DNA from: Verrucomicrobiota bacterium
Lineage (GTDB): Bacteria; Verrucomicrobiota; Kiritimatiellia; CAIQIC01; JAGNIJ01
Assembly: GCA_022710725.1 (NCBI GenBank)
Contig: JAKLGK010000001.1
Location: 113,010 to 177,009 of the forward strand
DNA: 64,000 nucleotides
Direction: 5' to 3'
The position numbers were made by a program, and so were the translations under genes. Shown here one piece after another: positions 1-10,180 of this stretch; position 1 is the first letter of the stretch, and each line of letters opens with the position of its first letter. Under the pieces are notes generated by a model, which saw only the letters and a list, made by a program, of their open reading frames with translations, had not been told where the DNA came from and did not search any database.

Positions 1-177
1 TGCTGAAGAATTTCATGCGGGGGCAAGAGGCCCGAGCGCTTCCCGCGCGGCTTGGAATACCCTTCCAATGCGCCGCGATTCCGTGATCCGCCCCTCGTCG
101 TCGCCGGTTTTCACGTTGGGGGTAAATTCATCGAAACCGCCCGGCATGGCAATCTTTTTCCCGCCGGCCGGCGGGCC

Positions 178-909
178 CTATCCGTTCTCGCGCGGCGGGC
201 CCAGAAAGGGCAGCGGATTTTCCATGAAGTCGCGGTAGAAACGATAGTGCTCCGTCTCGCGGTACGCGACCGGCCGGATGGCGGGGCCGTCGAAGCCGTA
301 GAGCCGCGCGCCGGGGCACGCCAGCAGGATGGGCGAATGCGTCGCGATGATGAACTGCGCGTGGCCGTCCCGGCTCATGGCCTGGAGCAGGCGCAGCAGG
401 TCCAGTTGCCCCCGCGGCGTCAGGGCCGTCTCGGGCTCGTCCAGGAAGTACAGGCCGGGAAGGCGGTAGCGCGCGGAGAAGTAGGCCATGAGCGATTGCC
501 CGTGCGACTGGGCGCCGAAGCCCCGCGGCCCAAAAAACTCGTGCATGGCGGAATCGTGGTCGGCGACCTGCGCGAAATTGAAGAAGGTCTCGGACGAGAA
601 GAACGAGCCCGGCATCGGCCCCCGGGCCCAGCGCAACTCGACGGCGCGAAGGAACGCCTCCTCGTCGGCGGACAGGTCCGCGAACCCGCCCCAGATGAAG
701 ATCCCGGCGTTCCGGCACAAGGCCCGCAGCAGCGTCGACTTGCCCGAGCCGTTCTCCCCCACGAAGAGGACCACCCCATGGTTCAGGTCCAGTTCCGGCG
801 TATGGAGCAGGGCCGGCAGGCAAAAGGGGTAGCGTTCGCGCGAGGGGAGGCGGTCCGCGTGCAGGCGATAGCCGGCCAGGTGCATCTCACGGCCGCCCCT
901 GCGGCACAT
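178..909 (-). CDS. P-loop ATPase, COG3910-like (AAA_21/ABC-type ATP-binding protein)
   Basis: Translation has Walker A 'GENGSGKST', Walker B 'LYFLDEPE' and 'ATHSP'. Start may be the internal Met at 885 (MHLAGY...), which overlaps the upstream gene's stop by a few nt. This is the last gene of a minus-strand operon with the two activase-module genes. Confidence 0.75.
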   Translation of the reverse strand: MCRRGGREMHLAGYRLHADRLPSRERYPFCLPALLHTPELDLNHGVVLFVGENGSGKSTLLRALCRNAGIFIWGGFADLSADEEAFLRAVELRWARGPMPGSFFSSETFFNFAQVADHDSAMHEFFGPRGFGAQSHGQSLMAYFSARYRLPGLYFLDEPETALTPRGQLDLLRLLQAMSRDGHAQFIIATHSPILLACPGARLYGFDGPAIRPVAYRETEHYRFYRDFMENPLPFLGPPRENG

Positions 910-2128
910 CCGCGGGGCCGGGCTCGCGGAGATAGTGCATCACCGGCACGAGGGCCTGGTTGGGATCGCCCGAGCCGTCGTAGAACAGGCAGACCATCGG
1001 CGCGCCGGTCTCGCGCTCGACCTGCGGGAAGATGCTCGTCGTGATCGTCCCCGGCATGCAGAACATCGGGCTCGCGTTGACCACGGCCCGGGCGCCGTCC
1101 CGCCGGACGAACAGGACGGCGCGCCCGAGCGTCAGGATCGCCTCCCCCTCGAACTGCCACGGCAGGTACTTCGCACCGGCCTGGATGACCTCGGCGATCG
1201 AGTGCTCCTTCCGGTCATGCAGGACCGGCTCGGCCACCTCGTAGTAATGATGCTCCCACTTCTCGAAAAACAGGTTGCGCTCGAGCCATGTGCGCAGGTT
1301 CTCCAGGCGCGCCCGCAGGCCGCTCGTGCTGCTGGCGACGAGGGTCTGCAGGTAGTTCGTGTAGAGGATCCACTCGGAGACCGGGGCCAGCCACGCCTCG
1401 CCGCCCAGTTCCTCGATCCGGCGGCATACCTGCCCGTTGATGAACGGGTCGCACCGCACGTAGATCTCGCCGACCACGCCGACCAGCGGCCGCTTCTCCG
1501 GGCGCCGCGCGACCCGCGCGACCTCGTCCACGAGCCCCGCGAGCAGCGGGGTCACGGGCCCGACGTCCTTTTGTTCGAAGGCCTTCTCGAGGCGCCGCAA
1601 GCCCTGTTCCAGCGTCACGTCCGTCTCGCCGGGCCTCTGCTCGTACGGCCGCACCTTCATGCCCAGCTTCCGCAGGATGTCGCCGACGACGGCCGCGTGC
1701 CACAGCCGCATCCGCGCCCCGCTGTCGAGGCCCGCGTAGGCATTTTCCGCCGACGGGCTCAAGATGCGGATCCCGCCCCACCCCTGCTTCTCGAAGATGA
1801 TCGAGTCCAGCTTCGCGTACTGCCCGAACCGGCACGGCCCGCAGGCTGTCGGCATGAAGAAGATCACCCGCTCCGGCGGCAGCTTCCGGTCCTGCATGGC
1901 CTTGACCAGCGCGCCGACCGTCAGCGGGCATGGCACGCACTCGCCGCCGGACGTGTGCTTGTGCCCGATGGCCAGCGTCTCCGCGTTTTCCTCCAGCACG
2001 TACGCCTCGTACCCGACGGACCGGAAGACCGCCGCCAGCAACCGCGCGCCGCACGGGTCCATGGGCGGCACGAACAGGGTCCGCCCCTCGCCGGGTCCGG
2101 TCACGCGTTGTTCTTCAAGGTTGGGCAT
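887..2128 (-). CDS. CoA-enzyme-activase-associated domain protein (DUF2229 / HgdB-related)
   Basis: 413-aa ORF with the conserved segments of the uncharacterised domain that accompanies BadF/BcrA/HgdC-type activases. It is 17 bp downstream of the fused activase gene on the same strand. Confidence 0.7.
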   Translation of the reverse strand: MPNLEEQRVTGPGEGRTLFVPPMDPCGARLLAAVFRSVGYEAYVLEENAETLAIGHKHTSGGECVPCPLTVGALVKAMQDRKLPPERVIFFMPTACGPCRFGQYAKLDSIIFEKQGWGGIRILSPSAENAYAGLDSGARMRLWHAAVVGDILRKLGMKVRPYEQRPGETDVTLEQGLRRLEKAFEQKDVGPVTPLLAGLVDEVARVARRPEKRPLVGVVGEIYVRCDPFINGQVCRRIEELGGEAWLAPVSEWILYTNYLQTLVASSTSGLRARLENLRTWLERNLFFEKWEHHYYEVAEPVLHDRKEHSIAEVIQAGAKYLPWQFEGEAILTLGRAVLFVRRDGARAVVNASPMFCMPGTITTSIFPQVERETGAPMVCLFYDGSGDPNQALVPVMHYLREPGPADVPQGRP

Positions 2129-2145
2129 GAGAGGGGCTTCAGGGT

Positions 2146-5100
2146 TCAGGAAGAGAACGATTCACTATTCACTTCCTTGGCGGCGGGCCTCGGGATCTTG
2201 CTCCACGAATGGAAACTCTCCAGGGCCGCCTCGATGCGCGTGAGGTAACCCGCGTCCGCGCCGTGGCCGTCGAACTGGAGGCACAGGTAGGGCTTGCCGG
2301 CGCGGCCCATGATCTCCTTGAAGTACGTCAGGATGTAGCTGTCCGGCCCGCACATGAAATTCGTGAAGTACACGCCGAAGAGCCGCGGCGACCGGGCGAC
2401 GCACTCGGCCGCGGCGAGGATCTTCTGACCGTAGTGCCAGTACATATTGCGGTGGCCGGGCAGGATGTCGGCGGTGTCGAAGGGCAGCATGTCCTGGTAG
2501 AGGACATGGTAGCCCATCTGGGCCACCTTGCGGGGCAGGTCCAGGGTCAGCCCCGGGTCGGTGGTGTTGTACGGCCGGCCGAAGCACACGAGGCCCAGCG
2601 CGTTCTCCTTCTCGATCCGCTCCAGCGCCTCGCGGCCGAGTTCGATGCAGTGCCGGCGGAACGCCGCCTGGGCGTCCTTCGCCGCCCGCAGGGCCCGGCG
2701 CACCGCGGCCGCGTCGGCCTTCAGCGGTTCGCCCACGGCCAGCCCGATCGCGGCCACCTGCTCCTCCTCCGGCCGGCCCAGGTCCACCACGGGGGCCAGC
2801 AGGCGCGGCCCGAGGTTCATGCCCTCGATGGACCGGAGGACGCCCGGGTGCGCCTGGACGTAGCAGCAGAAATGCGCGTCGGTGAATCCCTCCGGGGTGG
2901 GCTCGCGCAGCATGTAGGGCACGAACAGGTAGTCCACGCCGGGATCCTCCGCCAGCGCGCGGGCATGCCCGTGGCTCATGACCACGGGGGCGCAGTACTC
3001 GGCCGTCGTGATCTCGCCGCCGCGGTGCAGGATCTTTTCCGAGGACGGCGGGGAATACACGACCGCCGCCCCGAGCTCGCGCAGAAAGGTCCGCCAGAAG
3101 GGATAGTAGCCGTACGTGCCGAGGCCCCGCAGCAGCCCGACGCGCGGTCCCGGCGCGGGAGCGGCGGGTCCGGCGCCGTCGGACCAGGCCGCCGCCCGCC
3201 TCTTCCAGAACTCGTAGGCGGAGAGGTCCCGCACGCGCATGCGCTTCTCGCCGTAGTCGCGCCCGCACTTGAGCCCCCACGCCACGACCTCGCGGCCCGC
3301 GCGGATGATGGAGAGGTTGCAGAGGTTGTGGCACAGGTCGCAGACCTCGCGGTCCACGGTCACCTTCTCGTCCGCGAAGCCCAGGCCCTTGAACCGCGCC
3401 GAGCGCTCCGCCTCGGGGACGCGCTCGCGGGCCAGCAGGGACATCCCGAGCGAGCCGGTGAGATGGCAGAACGGGCTGACCTCGATCGGCTTCTGCAACT
3501 CCGTCTCGAAGGCCGCGACCAGCGCCTTGTTGCGGGCCGTCGCCCCCTGAAAGTAGACGTGGTCGCCGATGTGCAGCCCGCCGACGACCTTGTTGAGGTA
3601 GTTGTCGCGCACGGAGTGCAGCACGGCGGCCGCGATCTGGTCCTTGCTCCAGCCCCGCGCCATCAGCAGGTCCAGGTCGCGTTCCATGTACACCGTGCAC
3701 CGGTCGGAGGTCCGGGGACAGGGCTGGCTCATCGCGCGGTCCGCGTACTCGGAGAGCGGGAGGCCCAGCTTGTGGGCCTGCTCCTCGATGAAGCTCCCCG
3801 TGCCCGCCGCGCAGACGTAGTTCATCACGGAGTTATACACCATCCCGTTCTGGAGCTGCGTGAACTTCGCGTCCTGGCCGCCCAGCTCGATGATGCTGTC
3901 CACCTCCGGGTCGATGAAGACTGCGGCGCGCGCGTGGGCGGTGATCTCGTTCATCGCCAGGTCCGCCCCGATGACCTCCTTGATCATCTTGCGGCCGGAG
4001 CCGGTCGTGCCGACGCCCCGGATGTCCAGCGTGAAGCCGCCCCGCTTCTCCATCTCGCGGAACGCCTTGAACACCAGCTGGACCGCGTGGATCGGATTGC
4101 CGGCAGTCTTGCGGTATACCCAGCCGATCACGCCGTTCCGCTCGTCGAGGACGGTCGCCTTGGTGGAGGTCGAGCCGATGTCGATGCCGAGCGCCACGCG
4201 CACGGCGCCGCGCTGCGGGGCCACGATGGCGACCTCGCTGTCGTCCTCGTTGATCCAGTGATCGTGCCACGTGAAGGCCGGGTAGCGGGAGAGCTTCAGT
4301 TCCAGGGGGGGGCGCAACGCCTCGGCGGAGGCCGATTTCGAACCCCCGGCCGGCGCCAGCCGCTCCATCCAGTCCGGCGGCAGGCTTTCGACGACGGCCT
4401 GCTGGCGCGCCACGAGGGCGGCCCCGTACGCGCCGGCCAACTCGGGCGAGTCCGGCACCACGGTCTCGACGCCGAGCTTCTCCCGGATGGCGCCGACGAC
4501 CACGGAGTTGCGCGCCATGCCGCCGATCAGCAGCGTCCTGCCGGTCAGCGCCCGGCCGTCGAGCAGGCCGTCCACCGTGGAGGCGCCGAGGCCCACGCAC
4601 AGGCCGGCCGCGATGGCCTCCACGGAGAAGCCCTCCTGCTGGAGGTGGATCATGTCGCTCTTGGCGAAGACGGCGCAACGGGTCGCGACGCCCGGCGGGC
4701 GGCCCTCGTAGCACATGGCGCACTGGGCCAGCTCGGCGGGCGGGATCTGGAGCCGCAGCGCCTGCTGGTCCAGGAACGCCCCCGTGCCGGACGCGCAGGC
4801 GCTGTTGATGCTCGACCGGCGGTAATGACCGGCCTCGTCGAGCTGGGTCAGGCTGAAAGAGCCGCCGCCGATGGACAGGATGTTGCGCGCGTCGGGCGCG
4901 AGCCGGCGCGCGGCCTCGACGCCGGCCACGATGGAATCCAGGCAGGGACCGGGCAACGGAACGGCCCGGCCGCCGGACCCCGTGCGGACGACGCCCCGGA
5001 CTTCCGCAACGGGGAAGCGCTCCAGCAAGCCCCGCACGCACTTCAGGGGCTCGCCCTGGTGGCGCAGGTACTCGCGGCGGACGATCCCGCCCTCCTCGTC

Positions 5101-5154
5101 GATCAGCACCATGCCGACAAACAGGCTGCCGACATCTACTCCCAAGTAACCCAT
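2146..5154 (-). CDS. fused double BadF/BadG/BcrA/BcrD-type ATPase (CoA-substrate-specific enzyme activase) with C-terminal 2-hydroxyglutaryl-CoA-dehydratase-component-like domain
   Basis: There are two tandem ASKHA-type activase domains ('LGVDVGS...', 'LGIDIGSTSTKATV...', 'CAAGTGSF', 'CASGTGAF'), followed by an HgdB-like Cys-rich C-terminal region. The true start is ATG at 5154 (MGYLGVDVGS). The 89 residues upstream in the 1091-aa ORF are Arg/Pro-rich GC artefact. Confidence 0.8.
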   Translation of the reverse strand: MGYLGVDVGSLFVGMVLIDEEGGIVRREYLRHQGEPLKCVRGLLERFPVAEVRGVVRTGSGGRAVPLPGPCLDSIVAGVEAARRLAPDARNILSIGGGSFSLTQLDEAGHYRRSSINSACASGTGAFLDQQALRLQIPPAELAQCAMCYEGRPPGVATRCAVFAKSDMIHLQQEGFSVEAIAAGLCVGLGASTVDGLLDGRALTGRTLLIGGMARNSVVVGAIREKLGVETVVPDSPELAGAYGAALVARQQAVVESLPPDWMERLAPAGGSKSASAEALRPPLELKLSRYPAFTWHDHWINEDDSEVAIVAPQRGAVRVALGIDIGSTSTKATVLDERNGVIGWVYRKTAGNPIHAVQLVFKAFREMEKRGGFTLDIRGVGTTGSGRKMIKEVIGADLAMNEITAHARAAVFIDPEVDSIIELGGQDAKFTQLQNGMVYNSVMNYVCAAGTGSFIEEQAHKLGLPLSEYADRAMSQPCPRTSDRCTVYMERDLDLLMARGWSKDQIAAAVLHSVRDNYLNKVVGGLHIGDHVYFQGATARNKALVAAFETELQKPIEVSPFCHLTGSLGMSLLARERVPEAERSARFKGLGFADEKVTVDREVCDLCHNLCNLSIIRAGREVVAWGLKCGRDYGEKRMRVRDLSAYEFWKRRAAAWSDGAGPAAPAPGPRVGLLRGLGTYGYYPFWRTFLRELGAAVVYSPPSSEKILHRGGEITTAEYCAPVVMSHGHARALAEDPGVDYLFVPYMLREPTPEGFTDAHFCCYVQAHPGVLRSIEGMNLGPRLLAPVVDLGRPEEEQVAAIGLAVGEPLKADAAAVRRALRAAKDAQAAFRRHCIELGREALERIEKENALGLVCFGRPYNTTDPGLTLDLPRKVAQMGYHVLYQDMLPFDTADILPGHRNMYWHYGQKILAAAECVARSPRLFGVYFTNFMCGPDSYILTYFKEIMGRAGKPYLCLQFDGHGADAGYLTRIEAALESFHSWSKIPRPAAKEVNSESFSS

Positions 5155-5213
5155 GGTTCTGCTATTTCCTTTGGACGCCGGGCGCAGGAGCCGCGTACGA
5201 ATCCGTTTCCAGA

Positions 5214-5702
5214 ATGGTCGGGATACTATATCATCCTTTTTCCAAGAACCAAGAGAACGTGAGCCCGTCCCCCGAACGCCGCTGGATTTCGCGAAGCCCG
5301 GAAGAAACCTTCCGGCTGGCCGCCGACCTGGCCCGGGAACTGCCCCGGGGCGCGGTCCTGGCGCTGCACGGCGAACTCGGGGCCGGGAAGACTGCCTTCG
5401 TCCAGGGCCTCGCCCGCGCATTGGGGATCGACCGCCCCGTCAGCAGCCCGACCTTCACCTTGATCAACGAGTATCCCGGCCCGATCCCGCTTTACCACAT
5501 CGACCTGTATCGCATCCGGGATTCCGCGGACGCGCTGGGCCTTGGCCTGGACGAGTACCTGCATGGAAACGGGATCACCGCCATCGAGTGGGCGGAGCGT
5601 ATCGCCGACTTGCTTCCCCCGGACGCGCTGCACGTCCGGCTCCAACCCGGCGAGGAGATGAATGAACGGCTCATCAGCGTCTCCGGAGGCCGTCCGTCGT
5701 GA
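5214..5702 (+). CDS. tsaE: tRNA threonylcarbamoyladenosine biosynthesis ATPase TsaE
   Basis: P-loop 'GELGAGKTAFVQGLARALG' and 'SPTFTLINEY' are typical of YjeE/TsaE. The real start may be the in-frame GTG at 5259. It is divergent from the activase operon. Confidence 0.8.
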   Translation: MVGILYHPFSKNQENVSPSPERRWISRSPEETFRLAADLARELPRGAVLALHGELGAGKTAFVQGLARALGIDRPVSSPTFTLINEYPGPIPLYHIDLYRIRDSADALGLGLDEYLHGNGITAIEWAERIADLLPPDALHVRLQPGEEMNERLISVSGGRPS

Positions 5703-6370
5703 ACCTGCTGGCCATCGAGCTTTCCTCCCGCGTCGGCAGCCTGGCGATCCTGTCGGATGCGACGGTGCGGGCGGAATGCGAACTGGCCGAGGAAGACCGC
5801 CGGAGCCGGGGCCTGTTCCGCGTGCTTCCGGACTTGTGTGATCGAGCGGGGATCGGGCTCGACGACCTGGACCTGCTGGCGCCGGGCCGGGGACCGGGTT
5901 CGTACACCGGCCTGCGCCTGGCCATGACCGTGGCGCAGGCCGTCGCCCTGCCGGCGTCGCGGACGGTGTATCCTGTCGACAGCGGTGAAGCGCTCGCATG
6001 GGAGATCATGCAATCGCGGAAGAACGACGTGGTGGCGGTGATCGGCGATGCACGGCGGGAGCGCCTTTGGCTCGGCGTGTTTGAGCAAGGCAACGACGGC
6101 CCCATGATGCGGCAGCCCTGGGCGGTTCTCCATCCGCGCGACGTACCCCGATGGGTGCCGGACGGCGCGCTGGCCGTGAGTTCCGACTGGAGTCTTCTGG
6201 CCGCCCGGCCCGAGTTTGAAGCCCTGCGCACGCTGCGGTGGATTGAAAGCGACCGATTCCCGCGGGCCCGATGGCTCGGCGCCCTGGCGGAAACCCGGCA
6301 CCGGCATGGAGCGCCCGCGGCTCCGCCGACTCCCATCTACATGCACCCGGCCGTCACGCCGCGCGCCTGA
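5699..6370 (+). CDS. tsaB: tRNA threonylcarbamoyladenosine biosynthesis protein TsaB (YeaZ)
   Basis: 'GPGSYTGLRLAMTVAQ' is the YeaZ/Kae1 inactive-homologue signature. The GTG start overlaps the tsaE stop, indicating translational coupling. Confidence 0.85.
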   Translation: MNLLAIELSSRVGSLAILSDATVRAECELAEEDRRSRGLFRVLPDLCDRAGIGLDDLDLLAPGRGPGSYTGLRLAMTVAQAVALPASRTVYPVDSGEALAWEIMQSRKNDVVAVIGDARRERLWLGVFEQGNDGPMMRQPWAVLHPRDVPRWVPDGALAVSSDWSLLAARPEFEALRTLRWIESDRFPRARWLGALAETRHRHGAPAAPPTPIYMHPAVTPRA

Positions 6371-6384
6371 GTCAGCACGGAGAA

Positions 6385-7383
6385 CTACGGGCTCTTCGAC
6401 GAAGCGGGCGCGGACAAATCCACGCGCTCGCGAAGCTTGATGGTGGCGAGCACCTTCGGCACGTACATCTGCGTTTCCGTCGGCAAGCGATCCTGGATGG
6501 CTTCAAAGGTCCGCGCGGGCGCCGATTTCAGCAGCTTCCCCACCCGCCCCTCCCCCGCGTTGTAGGCCGCGAAGGCCAGGGGCCAGGAATGGAACATCCC
6601 GTGCAAATACCGGAGGTACTTCGCCGCGGCCCCCGCGCTCTTCTCCGGCGCCAGCCGCTCGTCTTTCGGCTTCACGGACAGTCCGAAGCGCTGCGCGGTG
6701 GCCGGCATGAACTGGAACAATCCCGCCGCGCCCACCGGACTGCGCGCCTCGGGATTGAACGAGGACTCCACCTCGGCCAGCCAGATCAGTTCCGGGGGCA
6801 CGCCCTCGGCGCGAAAGATATCCTTCAGCCGCGGCGCCAGCGCCGCCGCGCGCGCCGGGGCCGGGCGGCCGGACAGTTTCGTTTCCCACTTGGAGGTGCT
6901 GCGTGCGCTTTCCATGCGCCGCTGCTGCACGGCCGGGGGCGGCGGCGCGGGTTTCGGCCGCGGCGGGGTCTTCAGTTCGCCGCGCCGGGCCGGCGGCGGG
7001 GGAGGCGGCGGCTGACCCGGCGCGGGCACCTCTCGGACCAGCGCCTCGGCCATGTCGAAGTAGTCCATGCGCTGCTGCAGCCAGTCGGCATAGGACGCGC
7101 CCTCCGGCACCATGCGCAGCATTTCGATGGCCGACTCGGCGGCCGGCTTCAACCAGGCCAGGTCGTCCAACGAACCCGTCTCCAACGTCTGCGTGAGTCC
7201 GGTCCAGAACTCGGTCCACGTTTCCGGGGAAGGCCACTCGTACTGGTCCAGCAAGTCGGCAGGCAGATGCTCCCGGGCCAGTTGCTCGCCGGCCTGCACG
7301 GCCTGCTCCAGCAGGTCGTCCGGGAGCTGGGCGGATGCGGCCAGCGGCCAGGCCAGAGCCGGAATGAGCACGATGCGCTTCAT
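6385..7383 (-). CDS. secreted lytic transglycosylase (SLT domain) with Pro-rich linker
   Basis: The C-terminal SLT motif is 'AEVESSFNPEARSPVGAAGLFQFMP...AYNAGEG'. There is a signal peptide 'MKRIVLIPALAWPLAASA' and a poly-Pro linker. Start is chosen at the signal-peptide Met (7383). The ORF extends to 7422. Confidence 0.8.
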   Translation of the reverse strand: MKRIVLIPALAWPLAASAQLPDDLLEQAVQAGEQLAREHLPADLLDQYEWPSPETWTEFWTGLTQTLETGSLDDLAWLKPAAESAIEMLRMVPEGASYADWLQQRMDYFDMAEALVREVPAPGQPPPPPPPARRGELKTPPRPKPAPPPPAVQQRRMESARSTSKWETKLSGRPAPARAAALAPRLKDIFRAEGVPPELIWLAEVESSFNPEARSPVGAAGLFQFMPATAQRFGLSVKPKDERLAPEKSAGAAAKYLRYLHGMFHSWPLAFAAYNAGEGRVGKLLKSAPARTFEAIQDRLPTETQMYVPKVLATIKLRERVDLSAPASSKSP

Positions 7384-7437
7384 CGCTGAATTAGACCGAT
7401 AAGATGCCGGATTATTCAACATCGAATTGAGCGGAGG

Positions 7438-7866
7438 TCACCACGGCACGTTGTAGTCCGGATGCAGCGTAAAGGCGTTGGGCGTGTGCCGTATTTCGGG
7501 CGTCCCCCGCCCCTCCGCGCCGATCACCTCGACGACATCGAAGCGGAAGTAGTCGGGCTTGGAGCGCATCTGCATCATGTACCGGATGGCGGCCCGCGAC
7601 AGGGCATGGCGCTTGCCGCCCTTGACCGACGCGATGGGCGCGCCGAATTCCTCGCTCGCGCGGGTCTTGACCTCGACGAAGACCAGCGTGTCGCCGTCCC
7701 GCGCGATGAGATCGATTTCGTCCCGGCGGCCTACGCGGAACCGCCGCGCCAGGATACCGAACCCAAGGCCCCGCAGGTGCCGCTCGGCCTGCTGCTCGCC
7801 CCACTTGCCCGCGCGATGCCGGGCATCTTCCGCGCCATTCTTCTTTTTTCCAAAGGGCCAGAGCAT
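7438..7866 (-). CDS. yraN: YraN family (UPF0102) endonuclease
   Basis: 'GEQQAERHLRGLGFGILARRFR...EIDLIARDGDTLVFVEVKTR' is the UPF0102 signature. It is adjacent to rnhB, as in many bacteria. Confidence 0.85.
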   Translation of the reverse strand: MLWPFGKKKNGAEDARHRAGKWGEQQAERHLRGLGFGILARRFRVGRRDEIDLIARDGDTLVFVEVKTRASEEFGAPIASVKGGKRHALSRAAIRYMMQMRSKPDYFRFDVVEVIGAEGRGTPEIRHTPNAFTLHPDYNVPW

Positions 7867-7875
7867 GGAAATACG

Positions 7876-8508
7876 CTATGACAAGGGCAATACGAGCTGG
7901 GATACCGGCGCAAAAGACCGGCGGTGGCAGGGCGAAGGTCCGAGCCGGCGCAGGGCCTCGAGGTGCTCCGGCGTTCCGTACCCCTTGTGCCGCGCCAGGC
8001 CATAGCCGGGATGGAGGCCATCCAGTTCCTGCATCAGGCGGTCCCGCGTCACCTTGGCCACGACGCTGGCCGCGGCGATGGACAGGCTCAACCCGTCCCC
8101 GCCGACGACGGCCGTGGACGGGCATGGGAGCCCGGGCACGGGCAGCCCGTCCACCAGGGCATGGTCCGGAAGGCCGGGGAGCGCGCGCAGGGCTCGGGCC
8201 ATGGCGAGGTGCGTGGCGCGCAGGATATTGAGCCGGTCGATCTCCTCGACCTCGGCCCGGCCGACGCCGATCGATAGTTCGGCGCGGTTTGCCAGCAGGG
8301 CGAAGAAATGGTCGCGCTTGGCGGGGGACAGCTTCTTGGAATCGGTCAGGCCGGCGAGTTCGCCGCGCTCCTGGGCGACCAGAAAAGCCGGGTCGAAAAT
8401 CACGGCCGCGGCGACGACGGGCCCGGCCAGCGGGCCGCGCCCGGCCTCGTCCACCCCCGCCACGCGGGCGCAGCCGGCGGACCAGGCCTGACGTTCGAAG
8501 CGCAGCAA
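7876..8508 (-). CDS. rnhB: ribonuclease HII
   Basis: The motif '[15 protein letters not shown]' is present and the 210-aa length is typical. Confidence 0.9.
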   Translation of the reverse strand: MLRFERQAWSAGCARVAGVDEAGRGPLAGPVVAAAVIFDPAFLVAQERGELAGLTDSKKLSPAKRDHFFALLANRAELSIGVGRAEVEEIDRLNILRATHLAMARALRALPGLPDHALVDGLPVPGLPCPSTAVVGGDGLSLSIAAASVVAKVTRDRLMQELDGLHPGYGLARHKGYGTPEHLEALRRLGPSPCHRRSFAPVSQLVLPLS

Positions 8509-8524
8509 GCCGCGCGCCTTCCGC

Positions 8525-8878
8525 TTACATCGCGGTTTCGGTCACGCGCGACTTCTTGCCGGTGGCGCGGCGCAGGTAGTAGAGCTTGGCGCGTCGGATC
8601 TTGCCGTGCTTCTCGACCTCGATCTTCGCCACGCTCGGGGTGTGCAGCGGGAACACGCGCTCCACGCCCTCGCCGTAGGAAATGCGCCGCACGGTGATGG
8701 TCTCCGTCGCGCCCGTGCCGTCGCGGGCGATCAGGGTGCCGGCAAAGGCCTGGAGGCGTTCCTTGTCGCCTTCCTTGATTTTCACCTGGACGCGCACCGC
8801 GTCGCCGATGTGCAGCGCCGGCGCGGCTTCCTTCCGGGCCTGTTCGAGACTGATTTTTTCCAGCATCTTCGCTCTCAT
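8525..8878 (-). CDS. rplS: 50S ribosomal protein L19
   Basis: '[14 protein letters not shown]...[19 protein letters not shown]' matches L19. The start overlaps the trmD stop in an ATGA arrangement. Confidence 0.9.
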   Translation of the reverse strand: MRAKMLEKISLEQARKEAAPALHIGDAVRVQVKIKEGDKERLQAFAGTLIARDGTGATETITVRRISYGEGVERVFPLHTPSVAKIEVEKHGKIRRAKLYYLRRATGKKSRVTETAM

Positions 8879-9591
8879 CCGTCACCTCGTTTTTTCAATC
8901 CATCGTCCCCGCCGCCCAGCAGGTCCGGGCGGCGTTCGCGCGTCCGCTGCAGCGACTGGCTCCGCCGCCACCGGCGGATTTCCTCGTGGTCGCCCGAAAC
9001 CAGCACGTCGGGCACCCTCATCCCCCGGAACTCCGGGGGCCGCGTGTACTGCGGGTATTCCAGACAGCCGTCGCTGAAGGATTCCTCCTCCGTCGCGCCG
9101 GCGCCGCCGAGCACGCCCGGCCGCAGCCGCACCACGGCGTCCACGACGACCGCCGTGGCGACCGCGCCGTTCGTCAGCACGTAGTCGCCGATGGAAATCT
9201 CATCGGTGGCCAGCGCCTGCCGCACGCGCTCGTCCACGCCCTCGTAATGCCCGCATACAAAGATCAGATGCGATTCGCCGGCCAAGTCCCGCGCCATCGC
9301 CTGGTCGAACCGCCGCCCCTGGGGCGTCATCAGGATCACCCGCGCGCCCGCCGGCTCCAGCGACTCCACCGCGGCGAAGATCGGCTCGGGCTTCATCACC
9401 ATGCCCGGCCCGCCCCCGTAGGGGCGGTCGTCCGTGGTCCGGTGTGCGTCGTTCGTGAAATCCCGCAGGTTGACGACCCGGAACTCCACCGCGCCCGACC
9501 GCGCGGCCCGCTTGAGCATGCTCTCGCCGAGGAACCCTTCCAGCATCCCCGGGAATATGGTCAGGATGTCAATCTTGAGCGACGCACCCAT
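8875..9591 (-). CDS. trmD: tRNA (guanine37-N1)-methyltransferase
   Basis: '[10 protein letters not shown]...[11 protein letters not shown]...[10 protein letters not shown]' is the TrmD SPOUT signature. Confidence 0.9.
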   Translation of the reverse strand: MGASLKIDILTIFPGMLEGFLGESMLKRAARSGAVEFRVVNLRDFTNDAHRTTDDRPYGGGPGMVMKPEPIFAAVESLEPAGARVILMTPQGRRFDQAMARDLAGESHLIFVCGHYEGVDERVRQALATDEISIGDYVLTNGAVATAVVVDAVVRLRPGVLGGAGATEEESFSDGCLEYPQYTRPPEFRGMRVPDVLVSGDHEEIRRWRRSQSLQRTRERRPDLLGGGDDGLKKRGDG

Positions 9592-9597
9592 GCCCGC

Positions 9598-9828
9598 TCA
9601 CTCGACGACCTCCAGCATGGCCCGCTTCCCCTGCCGGGCGGCCGCCGTGCTCACCAGCGTGCGGATGGCGCCGACGGTCTTGCCGTTCTTCCCGATTACC
9701 TTGCCCACGTCCTCGGGGTGACATCGCAACTCGAAGATCACCGTGCGCTCGCCGTCCACCTCGGTCAGGCGGACGTCCTGGGGATGATCCACCAGCGCGC
9801 GGACAATATACTCCACCAGTTCCCTCAT
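9598..9828 (-). CDS. KH-domain RNA-binding protein (YlqC/UPF0109 family)
   Basis: 76-aa protein with 'VGKVIGKNGKTVGAIRTLV', lying between rpsP and trmD. Confidence 0.8.
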   Translation of the reverse strand: MRELVEYIVRALVDHPQDVRLTEVDGERTVIFELRCHPEDVGKVIGKNGKTVGAIRTLVSTAAARQGKRAMLEVVE

Positions 9829-9838
9829 AACCCCATCC

Positions 9839-10105
9839 TCAAGCGGGCGCCGCGGCCCGCCGCTGTGTCGCCCGGTTCTTTTTCAGCAGGCTTCGGACCG
9901 TGTCGGACACCTGCGCGCCCTTGTCGGTCCAGTACTCGATCCGCTCGACCTTCAGCTCGTAGTTCGAGCCCTTGCGCTTCGGATCGTACCAGCCGACGGT
10001 TTCCAGAAAACGCCCGCTGTTCGGACACCGCATGTCCGTGACCACCACCCGGAAGAAGGGCTGCTTGTTGCTGCCCATTCTCCGCAATCGAATCTTGACT
10101 GCCAT
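9839..10105 (-). CDS. rpsP: 30S ribosomal protein S16
   Basis: 'MAVKIRLRRMGSNKQPFFRVVVTD' matches S16. Confidence 0.9.
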   Translation of the reverse strand: MAVKIRLRRMGSNKQPFFRVVVTDMRCPNSGRFLETVGWYDPKRKGSNYELKVERIEYWTDKGAQVSDTVRSLLKKNRATQRRAAAPA

Positions 10106-10180
10106 AGCTTCCTCCCGACACGCCCGCCGGCGCCGCCCGCATGGGGGGCGTCGGCCCTGAACGTGACTGGCTTTGATACC

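Noticed and set aside
2209-5262. 1017-aa plus-strand ORF. Similar ones are at 24474..27902 (1142 aa), 60114..62897 (927 aa) and 60292..62445 (717 aa).
   Set aside because: They are antisense or alternative-frame artefacts opposite well-supported genes (activase, tamB, TMTC-like). They have no domain signatures and extreme R/G/P/A bias.
5155-5421. N-terminal 89-residue extension of the activase ORF. Similar extensions occur on ffh (to 12058), tamB (to 28529), nusA (to 37659), infB (to 36392), rbfA (to 35445), the Ser/Thr kinase (from 20579), ppx (from 15301), ppiB (from 14224) and the pseudopilin (from 22132).
   Set aside because: In each case the conserved protein family begins at an internal Met with a plausible RBS or coupling to the upstream gene. 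The extension is low-complexity and often overlaps the neighbouring gene.
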